A DNA stretch of 41,345 nucleotides from a virus: IMG/VR virus record IMGVR_UViG_3300038527_000002. One strand, 5' to 3'. The notes under the pieces are model-generated. The model worked only from the letters and a program-made list of their open reading frames with translations, was not told the origin of the DNA and searched no databases. A program made the translations under genes and the position numbers. Of the stretch, positions 14,693-21,844 are shown in pieces. How positions within the stretch are numbered: the first letter of the stretch is position 1; every line of letters begins with the position of its first letter.

Positions 14693-15489
14693 TAGAATAA
14701 TGTAATATAATCTTTTTCTAATTCCGTTTTAGCATAGCCAATTTCTTTAATCTCCCGTTTAATGAGCCTATTCTTTTCTATCCATTTTGTTGCTAATTGA
14801 TAGAACTCTTTTTTAATTTCAAATCCATAAGCTTTTCGCCCTAAATTTTCGGCAGCTATTAAGGTTGAACCACTACCAGCCACAGGGTCAATTACAACAT
14901 CGCCGGGGTCTGTAAATATTTCAATTATTCGCTCCAATAGTTTTACGGGTTTTTGGGTTGGGTGTATTTTTTCGCTTTCATTATCTCGTGGCCAGTCTAT
15001 ACAATTAAATATCATTTTGCCATCATTCCTAAACTTCGGCAGTTTGTCTCTATAGAGTATTAGGCCATATTCGCAATTACCGACTATTTTCATATTTGCC
15101 TTTAAAACCTGCGCTGAAAAGTTTTTGCGAAAGACTAAATTTATATAATTATTCAGCCCATATCTTTTTGCCAACTCAATAAAATAGAATTGCTGTTCAA
15201 ATTCACAAAACAAAATCATGCAAGGTGCTTCTTTTTTGCGCTTTGGTTCTGGCATTAACATTGTGCTGCAAAAGTGCATAAATTCGGCAGGTCTAAAATC
15301 AATGTCGGTATCAAAAAATGATTTCCCCGCCTTATCGCTTTCCCCATTCTTATTATCCCCGTCTTTATACCAAGCAGGATTAGAGGCATACGCATTATTA
15401 CCAAGATTGTATGGCACGTCAGCTATTATTAATTGCGCTTTTGGTAAATTATATCTCTTAAAATTTTGGAAATGGTCACGTATAATCAT
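14692..15489 (-). CDS. Orphan DNA methyltransferase (beta-class N6A/N4C, PF01555-like)
   Basis: Catalytic motif IV DVPY (IIADVPYNLG) precedes the AdoMet motif I (VIDPVAGSGSTLIAAENLGRKAYGFE). No adjacent restriction gene was recognised. Confidence 0.85.
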   Translation of the reverse strand: MIIRDHFQNFKRYNLPKAQLIIADVPYNLGNNAYASNPAWYKDGDNKNGESDKAGKSFFDTDIDFRPAEFMHFCSTMLMPEPKRKKEAPCMILFCEFEQQFYFIELAKRYGLNNYINLVFRKNFSAQVLKANMKIVGNCEYGLILYRDKLPKFRNDGKMIFNCIDWPRDNESEKIHPTQKPVKLLERIIEIFTDPGDVVIDPVAGSGSTLIAAENLGRKAYGFEIKKEFYQLATKWIEKNRLIKREIKEIGYAKTELEKDYITLF

Positions 15490-15516
15490 TTTAAAAGGTC
15501 TAAACCAAAGAGTTCA

Positions 15517-16782
15517 TTAAAATGGTACATTTTCTGGTAGTTCATCTAAGTTATAAAATAATGTCTGTTCGGGCTTAAAGCCAAGAATGAATTTTGTTAT
15601 CCCCACGTTTCGCCCCTTTGCAAAGTTGATTAACGCTGTCCCCTGAGTTGAGGTAGAAGCGAATGGAGCGGGATAAGAACGCCCATAAACCTCTGGCCTA
15701 TAAAGAAGCATAACATTATCTGCCGCCTCGGCAATCTGACCGCTTTCTCGCAAATCCGACAAAGCTGGAGGATTATCACCGTTTTGTCTATTCAACTGAC
15801 TTAAAGCAGTAATTCCAATATTTAATTCCTCGGCAAGGTTTTTTAATCTATGAGCCATAGACCCAATAAACTGTTCCTTACTACTTACTTTGCTTGTCAT
15901 CGGTATTGTCTGTAAGTAATCAATAAAAACAATACTTATCCCATACTTAAACACCATTTTTCGAATTGACTGAACGATAGTATCAATGCTCGAAGTGGAG
16001 CGGTCATCAAAATATATTTCTAAGTCTTGAATTTTACCGACTCCTTTGTCAAATTCCTTAATCATCTCATTGCTCATTGAGCGGTAAAGCATCTCTTTCG
16101 AGGATAGTCCGGAAACGGAGCTTATAATTCTGCTTGTCAATTGTACATCGTTCATCTCTAAAGAATAAAAAGCTACCTTTGCACCGTGTGAGGCCACGTT
16201 TTTTGCTATATTAAGAGCAAAAGAGGTCTTACCCATACTTTCCCTTGCGGCAATAATTGTAAAATCCCCAGGGTGCAAACCGCCAGTATGACGGTCAAGT
16301 TCCGTGAATCCCGTCTTAACGCCACGTGTCTTGCCTTTTATGTTGTCGTTTATGATTCCTATCACGTCTTCTGTTGCATCTTTCAGGGTACGGATTTTTT
16401 CTTCCCTGTTCGTCAGTATCTGCTCAATCGAACAGTTTACCTTTGCGATCATCTCCTCAATCGAATCATCGGGTTTCAAGCTTTCAAGCGTGCTAATGAG
16501 TTTATTTTTCTGCGCTGCCTCGTGAATGACCCTTGCGTGTGGATAAACATCCAGCGTCATCGGTAGGTCAACGATTGCAGACACGGGAATATCGGTTTCA
16601 TAGCGAATAAGAATAATATCGGGTTTTTCGCCCCTGTCGATAATCTTTTTTATCCCTCTGAATATCTCCCTGTTTACCGCTGTGGAAAAGCAATCTTCGG
16701 TTAAGAAGCTCACTTCTTCCCAGCAATCAGATTTTAAGAGAGAGCCTAAAACAAGTTCTTCGCTGTCGGGGTATGTTATCAT
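15517..16782 (-). CDS. dnaB: Replicative DNA helicase (DnaB family)
   Basis: ..GFTELDRHTGGLHPGDFTIIAARESMGKTSFALNIA.. (Walker A), ..IVFIDYLQ.. (Walker B-like), ..ALSQLNR...LSDLRESGQIEQ-like.. Confidence 0.85.
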   Translation of the reverse strand: MITYPDSEELVLGSLLKSDCWEEVSFLTEDCFSTAVNREIFRGIKKIIDRGEKPDIILIRYETDIPVSAIVDLPMTLDVYPHARVIHEAAQKNKLISTLESLKPDDSIEEMIAKVNCSIEQILTNREEKIRTLKDATEDVIGIINDNIKGKTRGVKTGFTELDRHTGGLHPGDFTIIAARESMGKTSFALNIAKNVASHGAKVAFYSLEMNDVQLTSRIISSVSGLSSKEMLYRSMSNEMIKEFDKGVGKIQDLEIYFDDRSTSSIDTIVQSIRKMVFKYGISIVFIDYLQTIPMTSKVSSKEQFIGSMAHRLKNLAEELNIGITALSQLNRQNGDNPPALSDLRESGQIAEAADNVMLLYRPEVYGRSYPAPFASTSTQGTALINFAKGRNVGITKFILGFKPEQTLFYNLDELPENVPF

Positions 16783-16874
16783 TGCGTTTATTTAATTAAT
16801 GTTTGTTTAATATTACTTTGCCCTGCTTGTGCAGGTTTATGGATATTGTTATTATTTTGGTGTTGTACGCAATT
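16783..16874 (-). repeat. Repeated intergenic leader, family B copy 2 (upstream of the dnaB-like gene)
   Basis: Homologous to 12825-12907. The internal hairpin differs by compensatory changes (cctgc-ttgt-gcagg versus gccc-tgttagt-gggc). Confidence 0.7.
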
Positions 16875-17123
16875 TTATTGCACTTCCTTTTGGCAGGATA
16901 TGCAATATGGTGTGCCATCTTCGTCATAGTCAAGTCCTTTAGCTCTCGAACAAGTGCAATAAAACTGTTCGCTTCGCCCCACAACATCAGGTTGGCAAAA
17001 TAATTTTACTGCCTCATCTACTATTGTTTCAGCATATCCTTCAGGAGATGCCTCTCTCCAATAATCAAAATCTTTTAGTTGTTCTATTACAAACTTTTTA
17101 AACGCTTCTTTCTTTGTTTCCAT
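16875..17123 (-). CDS. Hypothetical protein with C-terminal Cys cluster (zinc-ribbon-like)
   Basis: 82 aa with ..FYCTCSRAKGLDYDEDGTPYCISCQKE. Confidence 0.55.
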   Translation of the reverse strand: METKKEAFKKFVIEQLKDFDYWREASPEGYAETIVDEAVKLFCQPDVVGRSEQFYCTCSRAKGLDYDEDGTPYCISCQKEVQ

Positions 17124-17190
17124 TGTATTATTTTTTAGTGTTTCAAATCCGTAAAATTACATTCGCCAACCTGCGGTACGTTATCGGCAA

Positions 17191-17844
17191 TTAAGACCAT
17201 AGCTTTACGGCAGTTTCATGTTTCGATTTTAAGTCCTTTACTTTTTTGCTCGCATAAGATAATGCCATTCCGTGAGGTCGCTCTTTTGGGTTGTCTTTTA
17301 AAAATTGATGATATTCTTTTGCCTCTTCGAGTTGTATCTCAAAAAATTCTAAACTTTCAGGCATTGAAAGGTCGATTTTATTTGCCATACTTTCCCAATA
17401 TGCAGCTCTCTCAAGGTAGGCATCAGCTTTTTTATATGATTCCATTGCATTACTCATTCTTTTCCAGTTTCGTTCAATTAATGCACGGTGTCTTTTTTCG
17501 CTGTGGTGTCCTACTTTTATGGGTTCTGCAAGTGCCAAAAAGTCTTTACCTTCATTGCTTTTTTCTTGCCAATCATTACCTTTTTTATTCGCATTGTCAG
17601 CCCAATTTTTTAGCTTTTCAAATTTTCTTTTTGCTCTTTCTTGGTTATTATAACCATCAGCACGAGTAATCGAATAGCAATACATAGGTTTTTCTTTTGT
17701 TCCTGTATAGCCTACAAAATTGTGAACTATACATTCGTTTTCTTTTCCGTACTTGGTTTTAACTATAATAGTATCACCTTTTTCGTGTTTTTCTTCGCAT
17801 TGTGCCACAAATACATTCGGGCAATATTTTTTGTAAGTATTCAT
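17191..17844 (-). CDS. Hypothetical protein, DUF3560-like (by memory of the ..VGHHSEKRHR.. motif)
   Basis: 217 aa with ..PIKVGHHSEKRHRALIERNWKRM.. The gene is flanked by GTTATCGGC/GCCGATAAC repeat ends. Confidence 0.4.
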   Translation of the reverse strand: MNTYKKYCPNVFVAQCEEKHEKGDTIIVKTKYGKENECIVHNFVGYTGTKEKPMYCYSITRADGYNNQERAKRKFEKLKNWADNANKKGNDWQEKSNEGKDFLALAEPIKVGHHSEKRHRALIERNWKRMSNAMESYKKADAYLERAAYWESMANKIDLSMPESLEFFEIQLEEAKEYHQFLKDNPKERPHGMALSYASKKVKDLKSKHETAVKLWS

Positions 17845-17878
17845 ATTATTTTGATATTTATTTGATTAAAAAATAAAA

Positions 17879-17958
17879 GCCGATAACACAGTATATATGT
17901 CATGTATTGCCGCAGGCGCAACACAAGCCACGCCACATATACCCATTCGTTATAGGGC
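17879..17958 (-). repeat. Structured intergenic repeat H3
   Basis: gccgataac at 17879-17887 and gttatagggc at 17949-17958. Inner stems are gtatatatgt/acatatac and tgtattgc/gcaacaca (an A:C on plus equals G:U on sense). The sense 3' end is GTGTTATCGGCTTTTATTTTTT. Confidence 0.6.
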
Positions 17959-17960
17959 AT

Positions 17961-18206
17961 TTAAAAACTCCCATACAATGCTTCACCGATATAACCTCCG
18001 CCGTAATAATGACTATCTTTTGTCTTATCTGCAATTTTCTTTTCAGCTTTTTTAATACCTTTAAGTAAATCTTCGTAACCTACAACTGTCCACGACTTTT
18101 CACCGTCAACCTGTACCCACACTTCATCAATTTTGCCATCTTTACAATGAAATTGAAGCTTAACATCATTGTCTTTGCATTTGTAATTTGATTTCATTTC
18201 TGTCAA
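17961..18206 (-). CDS. Hypothetical protein
   Basis: 81-aa ORF. Its stop abuts the H3 end. Confidence 0.55.
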   Translation of the reverse strand: MTEMKSNYKCKDNDVKLQFHCKDGKIDEVWVQVDGEKSWTVVGYEDLLKGIKKAEKKIADKTKDSHYYGGGYIGEALYGSF

Positions 18207-18227
18207 AAAAACGCCCTATAACAATGT

Positions 18228-18264
18228 ATAACAGACAATTGCGGGCGTGTTGCAATGCTGTTAT
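18228..18264 (-). repeat. Short hairpin H4 with ATAACAG/CTGTTAT ends (degenerate member of the H family)
   Basis: ataacagacaattgc-gggcgtgtt-gcaatgctgttat. An X-like gccctataac lies at 18213-18222. Confidence 0.45.
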
Positions 18265-18337
18265 TCGCTTTCTATTTTAGTTTATTGCAGTTCGACAGGA
18301 AAGCGTTTCAAAGTCCGCAACTGCTGTTATACTAACG

Positions 18338-18649
18338 TTATCTTACTAACCTCCCCCTTACAGTAAACCCTAAAAACCCGTCAAATTCCATTGCGGATTT
18401 TTCCATTTCTGCAAGCTCTTCTGCTGTTACGATTTTCAGCTCCTCATCGCTCAGCTCGATAACGTATTCTTGGCTTTCGGTAATTCTTTCAATATGCCGC
18501 TCAATAAGCAGCACTATTCTTTTTATCCCGAAGAGAAGTCCAATTTCGTATTCAAAATCTTCGGAGCGCTCGATTGGGGTCAGTTTTGCCTTTTGTTCCG
18601 CTTCCATTTGTTTTGCTTGCAAAAGCAAGCCTTGTAGTTCTTCTTTCAT
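18338..18649 (-). CDS. Hypothetical acidic protein
   Basis: 103-aa ORF. Confidence 0.55.
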   Translation of the reverse strand: MKEELQGLLLQAKQMEAEQKAKLTPIERSEDFEYEIGLLFGIKRIVLLIERHIERITESQEYVIELSDEELKIVTAEELAEMEKSAMEFDGFLGFTVRGRLVR

Positions 18650-18709
18650 AGGTGGTATGTTATAAGTTGTTTTATATGTATTATTTACCGTTGTTTCTTG
18701 TCTTGTTTT

Positions 18710-18865
18710 TTAGTTCAAAAACTGGACAAATACGCCAAACCAAAGCCACTCAATAGCAAAACCGTTGAGTGTGTCCTTTCCGTAGATAATTGTAAATCTC
18801 GGAAGCAGTTCAAATTGTGTTCTAAAGGTGTTGTAAAATTCCATAATCTTTCTATTTGCCATCAT
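18710..18865 (-). CDS. Small hypothetical protein (51 aa), below the ORF-track cutoff
   Basis: Hand translation MMANRKIMEFYNTFRTQFELLPRFTIIYGKDTLNGFAIEWLWFGVFVQFLN. It fills most of the 242-nt gap. Confidence 0.4.
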   Translation of the reverse strand: MMANRKIMEFYNTFRTQFELLPRFTIIYGKDTLNGFAIEWLWFGVFVQFLN

Positions 18866-18891
18866 TTTGATTTTGACTTAAAAACGTTATC

Positions 18892-19101
18892 TTACCAATT
18901 AGTTTGTTCTTTTAAAGGATAAACAGGATCTTTATTAGACTTAATGTAACAGTTTTTACTACCAAAAGCATTTTTTTTAATATTTTCCGCACCTTCTTTG
19001 GTAATAGCTTTACCAATTATTTTCCCTGAAGCACTTCTTACTGTATATTTAAACATAATTAATAATTTAAAAGTTAGTCGAATTAAGTTAAGTGTTAGCA
19101 A
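18892..19101 (-). CDS. Hypothetical small protein
   Basis: 69-aa ORF. An alternative start at 19056 (MFKYTVRSASGK..) is possible. Confidence 0.5.
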   Translation of the reverse strand: MLTLNLIRLTFKLLIMFKYTVRSASGKIIGKAITKEGAENIKKNAFGSKNCYIKSNKDPVYPLKEQTNW

Positions 19102-19104
19102 TCA

Positions 19105-19854
19105 TTACAGTAGTTTTCTTACTTGGTTACACTGTAAACTAAGTGCATTATTGAACGTACTGCGCCAATCAATCGTCTTAGATTTGGATTTTTTCTTTTT
19201 CGCCCAACCCTCCTCGGTGGCCCAGTAATCAACGCAGGCTTTCTCTAAAGACTTTGGGATATCAAGGTTGTTGTGATAACTCTGGCGTTGCTTAATGTAT
19301 TCAACGTCATTTATCAGGCTTATGTACGCTTGTTTTAATTCTGCTTTGTAAACGTCAAAAGAATTGCGCCAATTGGTCATATCATAGGTCGTATGACCAA
19401 AATTTTTTTCTTTATATATTTCTTTCTTTATATTCTTATCTTTCTTATCTTTCTTGTTTGTGTTCAACGGCTGTTCAACGGCTGTCCAACGGCTGTTCAA
19501 CGGCTGTTCACTTTCCGAATTTGATTCTTGGTAAGTTTCCCAATTACAGATGGTTATAATAGAATAATGGCTGTTGCTAACTATATTTATCATCCCCAAA
19601 TCTTCAAATCTTTTCATCCACCTGTAAATCATAGAACCGCTCAAATCAAGCTCCTGTTCAGCTTTAAACCTACCAAACAAGAAAGACCCAACATCGAGTT
19701 TTACACTACTTTCTCCCCTGCCTATCTGAATTGTCATATATTTTTCTTTATAGCTTGCTTTACATAAGCACCAAATCCATATTTTTAATCCGTTTGGGCT
19801 TGCGAATATTTCGCTATCAATAATCTGCCTATATAGTTTTAAGTAACCTTCCAT
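19105..19854 (-). CDS. Replication initiator / replisome organiser-like protein (N-terminal winged-helix-like domain)
   Basis: ..LKLYRQIIDSEIF...WIWCLCKA...GSFLFGRFKAEQELDLSGSMIYRWMKRFEDLGMI.. resembles phage replication proteins. It contains tandem iterons in a linker and lies upstream of the helicase gene. Confidence 0.55.
   Translation of the reverse strand: MEGYLKLYRQIIDSEIFASPNGLKIWIWCLCKASYKEKYMTIQIGRGESSVKLDVGSFLFGRFKAEQELDLSGSMIYRWMKRFEDLGMINIVSNSHYSIITICNWETYQESNSESEQPLNSRWTAVEQPLNTNKKDKKDKNIKKEIYKEKNFGHTTYDMTNWRNSFDVYKAELKQAYISLINDVEYIKQRQSYHNNLDIPKSLEKACVDYWATEEGWAKKKKSKSKTIDWRSTFNNALSLQCNQVRKLL
19462..19510. repeat. Candidate replication-origin iterons: 11-bp unit GTTCAACGGCT x4.5 next to an AT-rich tract
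   Basis: Read directly: gttcaacggct gttcaacggct gtccaacggct gttcaacggct gttca. The adjacent 19399-19461 is ~85% A+T. Confidence 0.6.
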
Positions 19855-19895
19855 ATTTTATTTTTTATATTTTACCAATGAAAGCAAAAAAAATA

Positions 19896-20069
19896 TTACA
19901 TCTTCTGAATAAGAGCTTTTTCTCCCTTCTTCCAATTATGCAGCGATAGCCTTGTAAAGAGGGTTGGTTTGCTTATCCCTATGTCTTCAGCCATTTTTTC
20001 ATACGTCTTTTTGGTCAACAGTCTTTTGACTTTTGTTGTTGCCTCAAGATTTGTGAGTTCATAAAACAT
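19896..20069 (-). CDS. Small helix-turn-helix DNA-binding protein
   Basis: Start taken at ATG 20069 (MFYELTNLEATTKVKRLLTKKTYEKMAEDIGISKPTLFTRLSLHNWKKGE..). The ..MAEDIGISKPTLFTRL.. segment is an HTH. Confidence 0.55.
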   Translation of the reverse strand: MFYELTNLEATTKVKRLLTKKTYEKMAEDIGISKPTLFTRLSLHNWKKGEKALIQKM

Positions 20070-20099
20070 AATTTTATTTTTTACCAAATTACTGAAATT

Positions 20100-20118
20100 A
20101 AAACCGCTATCAAAGCGG
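20100..20118 (-). terminator. Weak intrinsic terminator candidate downstream of the tRNA
   Basis: Sense strand reads CCGCT-TTGAT-AGCGG followed by TTTTAATTT. The stem is only 5 bp. Confidence 0.3.
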
Positions 20119-20195
20119 ACAAACAAAGTAAAGTACAATATTCCAAACAAACAAGCGTTTTGTGCTCAAGTTAGTACGCTATTGTGTTAAATTAG

Positions 20196-20266
20196 TTGCG
20201 GGGACAGGATTCGAACCTGTGCTGTGAGTTTATGAGGCTCACGTGATGCCACTTCACTACCCCGCC
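20196..20266 (-). tRNA. tRNA with CAU anticodon (Met, or Ile2 if lysidine-modified)
   Basis: Hand fold of the reverse complement: GGCGGGG TA GTGA AGTGGCA TCAC G TGAGC CTCATAA ACTCA CAGC ACAGG TTCGAAT CCTGT CCCCGCA A. The D and T arms are canonical. Mismatches at 1:72 (G:A) and 31:39 (C:A). No encoded CCA. Confidence 0.7.
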
Positions 20267-20347
20267 GTTTGAGGGCTTTCCCGTTTCGCAACGCCTGCCC
20301 TCTTAACCTTTAAACCTCCATTATGAAAAAACCTCTAAATATAAGCA

Positions 20348-20518
20348 TTATTTTTTACTTCCAAGCGTTTCGGGGGAAATTTTTATATAATCTACCCCGC
20401 AAATCGTTTCAGTCGGTAATTCTCCGTCCCGAATCATCCTATCAATGGTTGGTCTGGAAATTCCGTACCTACGGGAATATTCCATTTTGGTGACCAAATC
20501 AGTACGTATTTTTCTCAT
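20348..20518 (-). CDS. Small HTH protein (excisionase/AlpA/MerR-type HTH_17-like), 56 aa, below the ORF-track cutoff
   Basis: Hand translation MRKIRTDLVTKMEYSRRYGISRPTIDRMIRDGELPTETICGVDYIKISPETLGSKK. Confidence 0.55.
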   Translation of the reverse strand: MRKIRTDLVTKMEYSRRYGISRPTIDRMIRDGELPTETICGVDYIKISPETLGSKK

Positions 20519-20592
20519 AGCACCCGTTTTTTGTATCGAATGTAAACAATCGTAACCGCTACGGCTACAACTGCTGCAATTAGTAGTATCAT
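20515..20592 (-). CDS. Micro-ORF, 25-aa hydrophobic peptide
   Basis: MILLIAAVVAVAVTIVYIRYKKRVL. ATGA overlaps with both the NinB-like gene and the HTH gene. Confidence 0.3.
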   Translation of the reverse strand: MILLIAAVVAVAVTIVYIRYKKRVL

Positions 20593-20996
20593 AGATAGTA
20601 ATTCATTAGTTCCTCAAATCCGGCATCTTTAAAGTAGGGCAGATAGCAGCCGAGTTCTTCCTGCGCCCACGCTTTTAGTTTCGTCATCAGGTCGGACATT
20701 TCGCCCTGCTCCATTTCGGAGGTTCTGAAGTCCGTCTGTTCAATTTTTCCATTCAGGGGGTTTCGGTAGTTTCGCTGCCCAAAAATCTCCCTTATCACAT
20801 CCCGCTTGCAGTCCTCAAATGAGGTATATCCTAAGTGGTCTTGCAACACCCGTATCCAAGCGTGCAAGAGCGCATTTTGGTCATTGTTGCGCTTCCTTGT
20901 AACTCTCAACTCAAAGACCTCAGTACCGTTAATTAGTCGGTTGAAATAGACCTCCGCCTGTCGTTTGTCAAGCGGGTTTTTAGGATTATATTTCAT
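20589..20996 (-). CDS. NinB/Orf-like recombination mediator (tentative)
   Basis: 135 aa. ..RKRNNDQNALLHAWIRVL.. resembles the NinB R-x-x-x-QN..LH/W motif. It lies adjacent to the exonuclease/ERF pair. Confidence 0.4.
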   Translation of the reverse strand: MKYNPKNPLDKRQAEVYFNRLINGTEVFELRVTRKRNNDQNALLHAWIRVLQDHLGYTSFEDCKRDVIREIFGQRNYRNPLNGKIEQTDFRTSEMEQGEMSDLMTKLKAWAQEELGCYLPYFKDAGFEELMNYYL

Positions 20997-21844
20997 CGTA
21001 TTGTCATTTTTAGATATCCTTTCCTTGTGCCCGTTTTCTCAAACCGTGAATAGATTTCGGGCATTTCTTCCTTAAGACGCTTCGAGTCTAAAGTCGTGGT
21101 TGTAGATTCAGGTACTAAGGTCAGCGTAAGGTTGTCGGTTTTGAGCGTTTTTAAGCCCATTTGCGCCATTTTCTCACCCAAGCCTGTAAGAAGTACCTTT
21201 TTGCGCTCTTCGTACATCTCAGCCTCTTGTTTGATCTGTATGATCGTTCTTTCAAGGTCGAGTAATCGCTGCATCGAGCGTTCCTCACTCAGGTAGCTTT
21301 CGCCCAAGAGTTCAGCCTGAATTAAAGCCTCCACCTGTTCGTCAGATTTTCGTTCAACCCCCACAAAGGTACATTCTTTTCCCCGTAGGTGTACCCCCAT
21401 CAAGCCCTTTACTTTCTGTCCCGTTTGTCGCTCGAACAGATAAGCACAAATTGATAGTTGCCACGATACCCGTTCTTTGTCCAGAGTAGTAGAAGTCTTA
21501 AAATCGTACAGAAAGCCATCTTCGCCAACAAAGTCGATAGCCGTAGCAACACGTTCATCACCAACGATAAATTCGCACACGGTACATTGTATTCCCTTGC
21601 TTACGAAAGCCATAGCCTCGTCAGTAGTTGGGAAATCGCCATTTTCGTAGTAGTCTTGAATTTCTTTATGAACCAGAGAGCCAAATTCGGCATACTTCTT
21701 GAGAACAGATTCCGGCACATTCTGCATCTTGCTGCCAAAGATTTGGCGGTCGATCATTCGCGTTATCCCCTGAATAGGGAGTAATTCCCCGTTCAGAGTA
21801 TAGGTATGTTTCTCTTTGTCAAAGACGATTTTAGATTGTATCAT
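20993..21844 (-). CDS. PD-(D/E)XK exonuclease (RecB/Cas4-like fold) with coiled-coil C-terminus
   Basis: ..FGSLVHKEIQ.., ..AIDFVGEDGFLYDFKTS.. (D...D-x-K) and ..WQLSICAYL.. (QxxxY). ATGA-coupled to the ERF gene. Confidence 0.65.
   Translation of the reverse strand: MIQSKIVFDKEKHTYTLNGELLPIQGITRMIDRQIFGSKMQNVPESVLKKYAEFGSLVHKEIQDYYENGDFPTTDEAMAFVSKGIQCTVCEFIVGDERVATAIDFVGEDGFLYDFKTSTTLDKERVSWQLSICAYLFERQTGQKVKGLMGVHLRGKECTFVGVERKSDEQVEALIQAELLGESYLSEERSMQRLLDLERTIIQIKQEAEMYEERKKVLLTGLGEKMAQMGLKTLKTDNLTLTLVPESTTTTLDSKRLKEEMPEIYSRFEKTGTRKGYLKMTIR

Noticed and set aside
8603-17958. Structured repeats interpreted as integron attC sites (…AAC / GTT… ends, imperfect palindromes, cassette-like genes)
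   Set aside because: The ends (CGATAAC / GTTATCG) do not fit RYYYAAC / GTTRRRY well, and no IntI-type integrase or attI is present. The full hairpins sit upstream of the cassette ORFs, not downstream. The observation is kept as a finding but without the integron label.
20196-20266. tRNA gene as part of an attP/integration module
   Set aside because: No integrase, recombinase or transposase ORF was recognised anywhere in the 41.2-kb genome. The nearby small HTH alone is insufficient.
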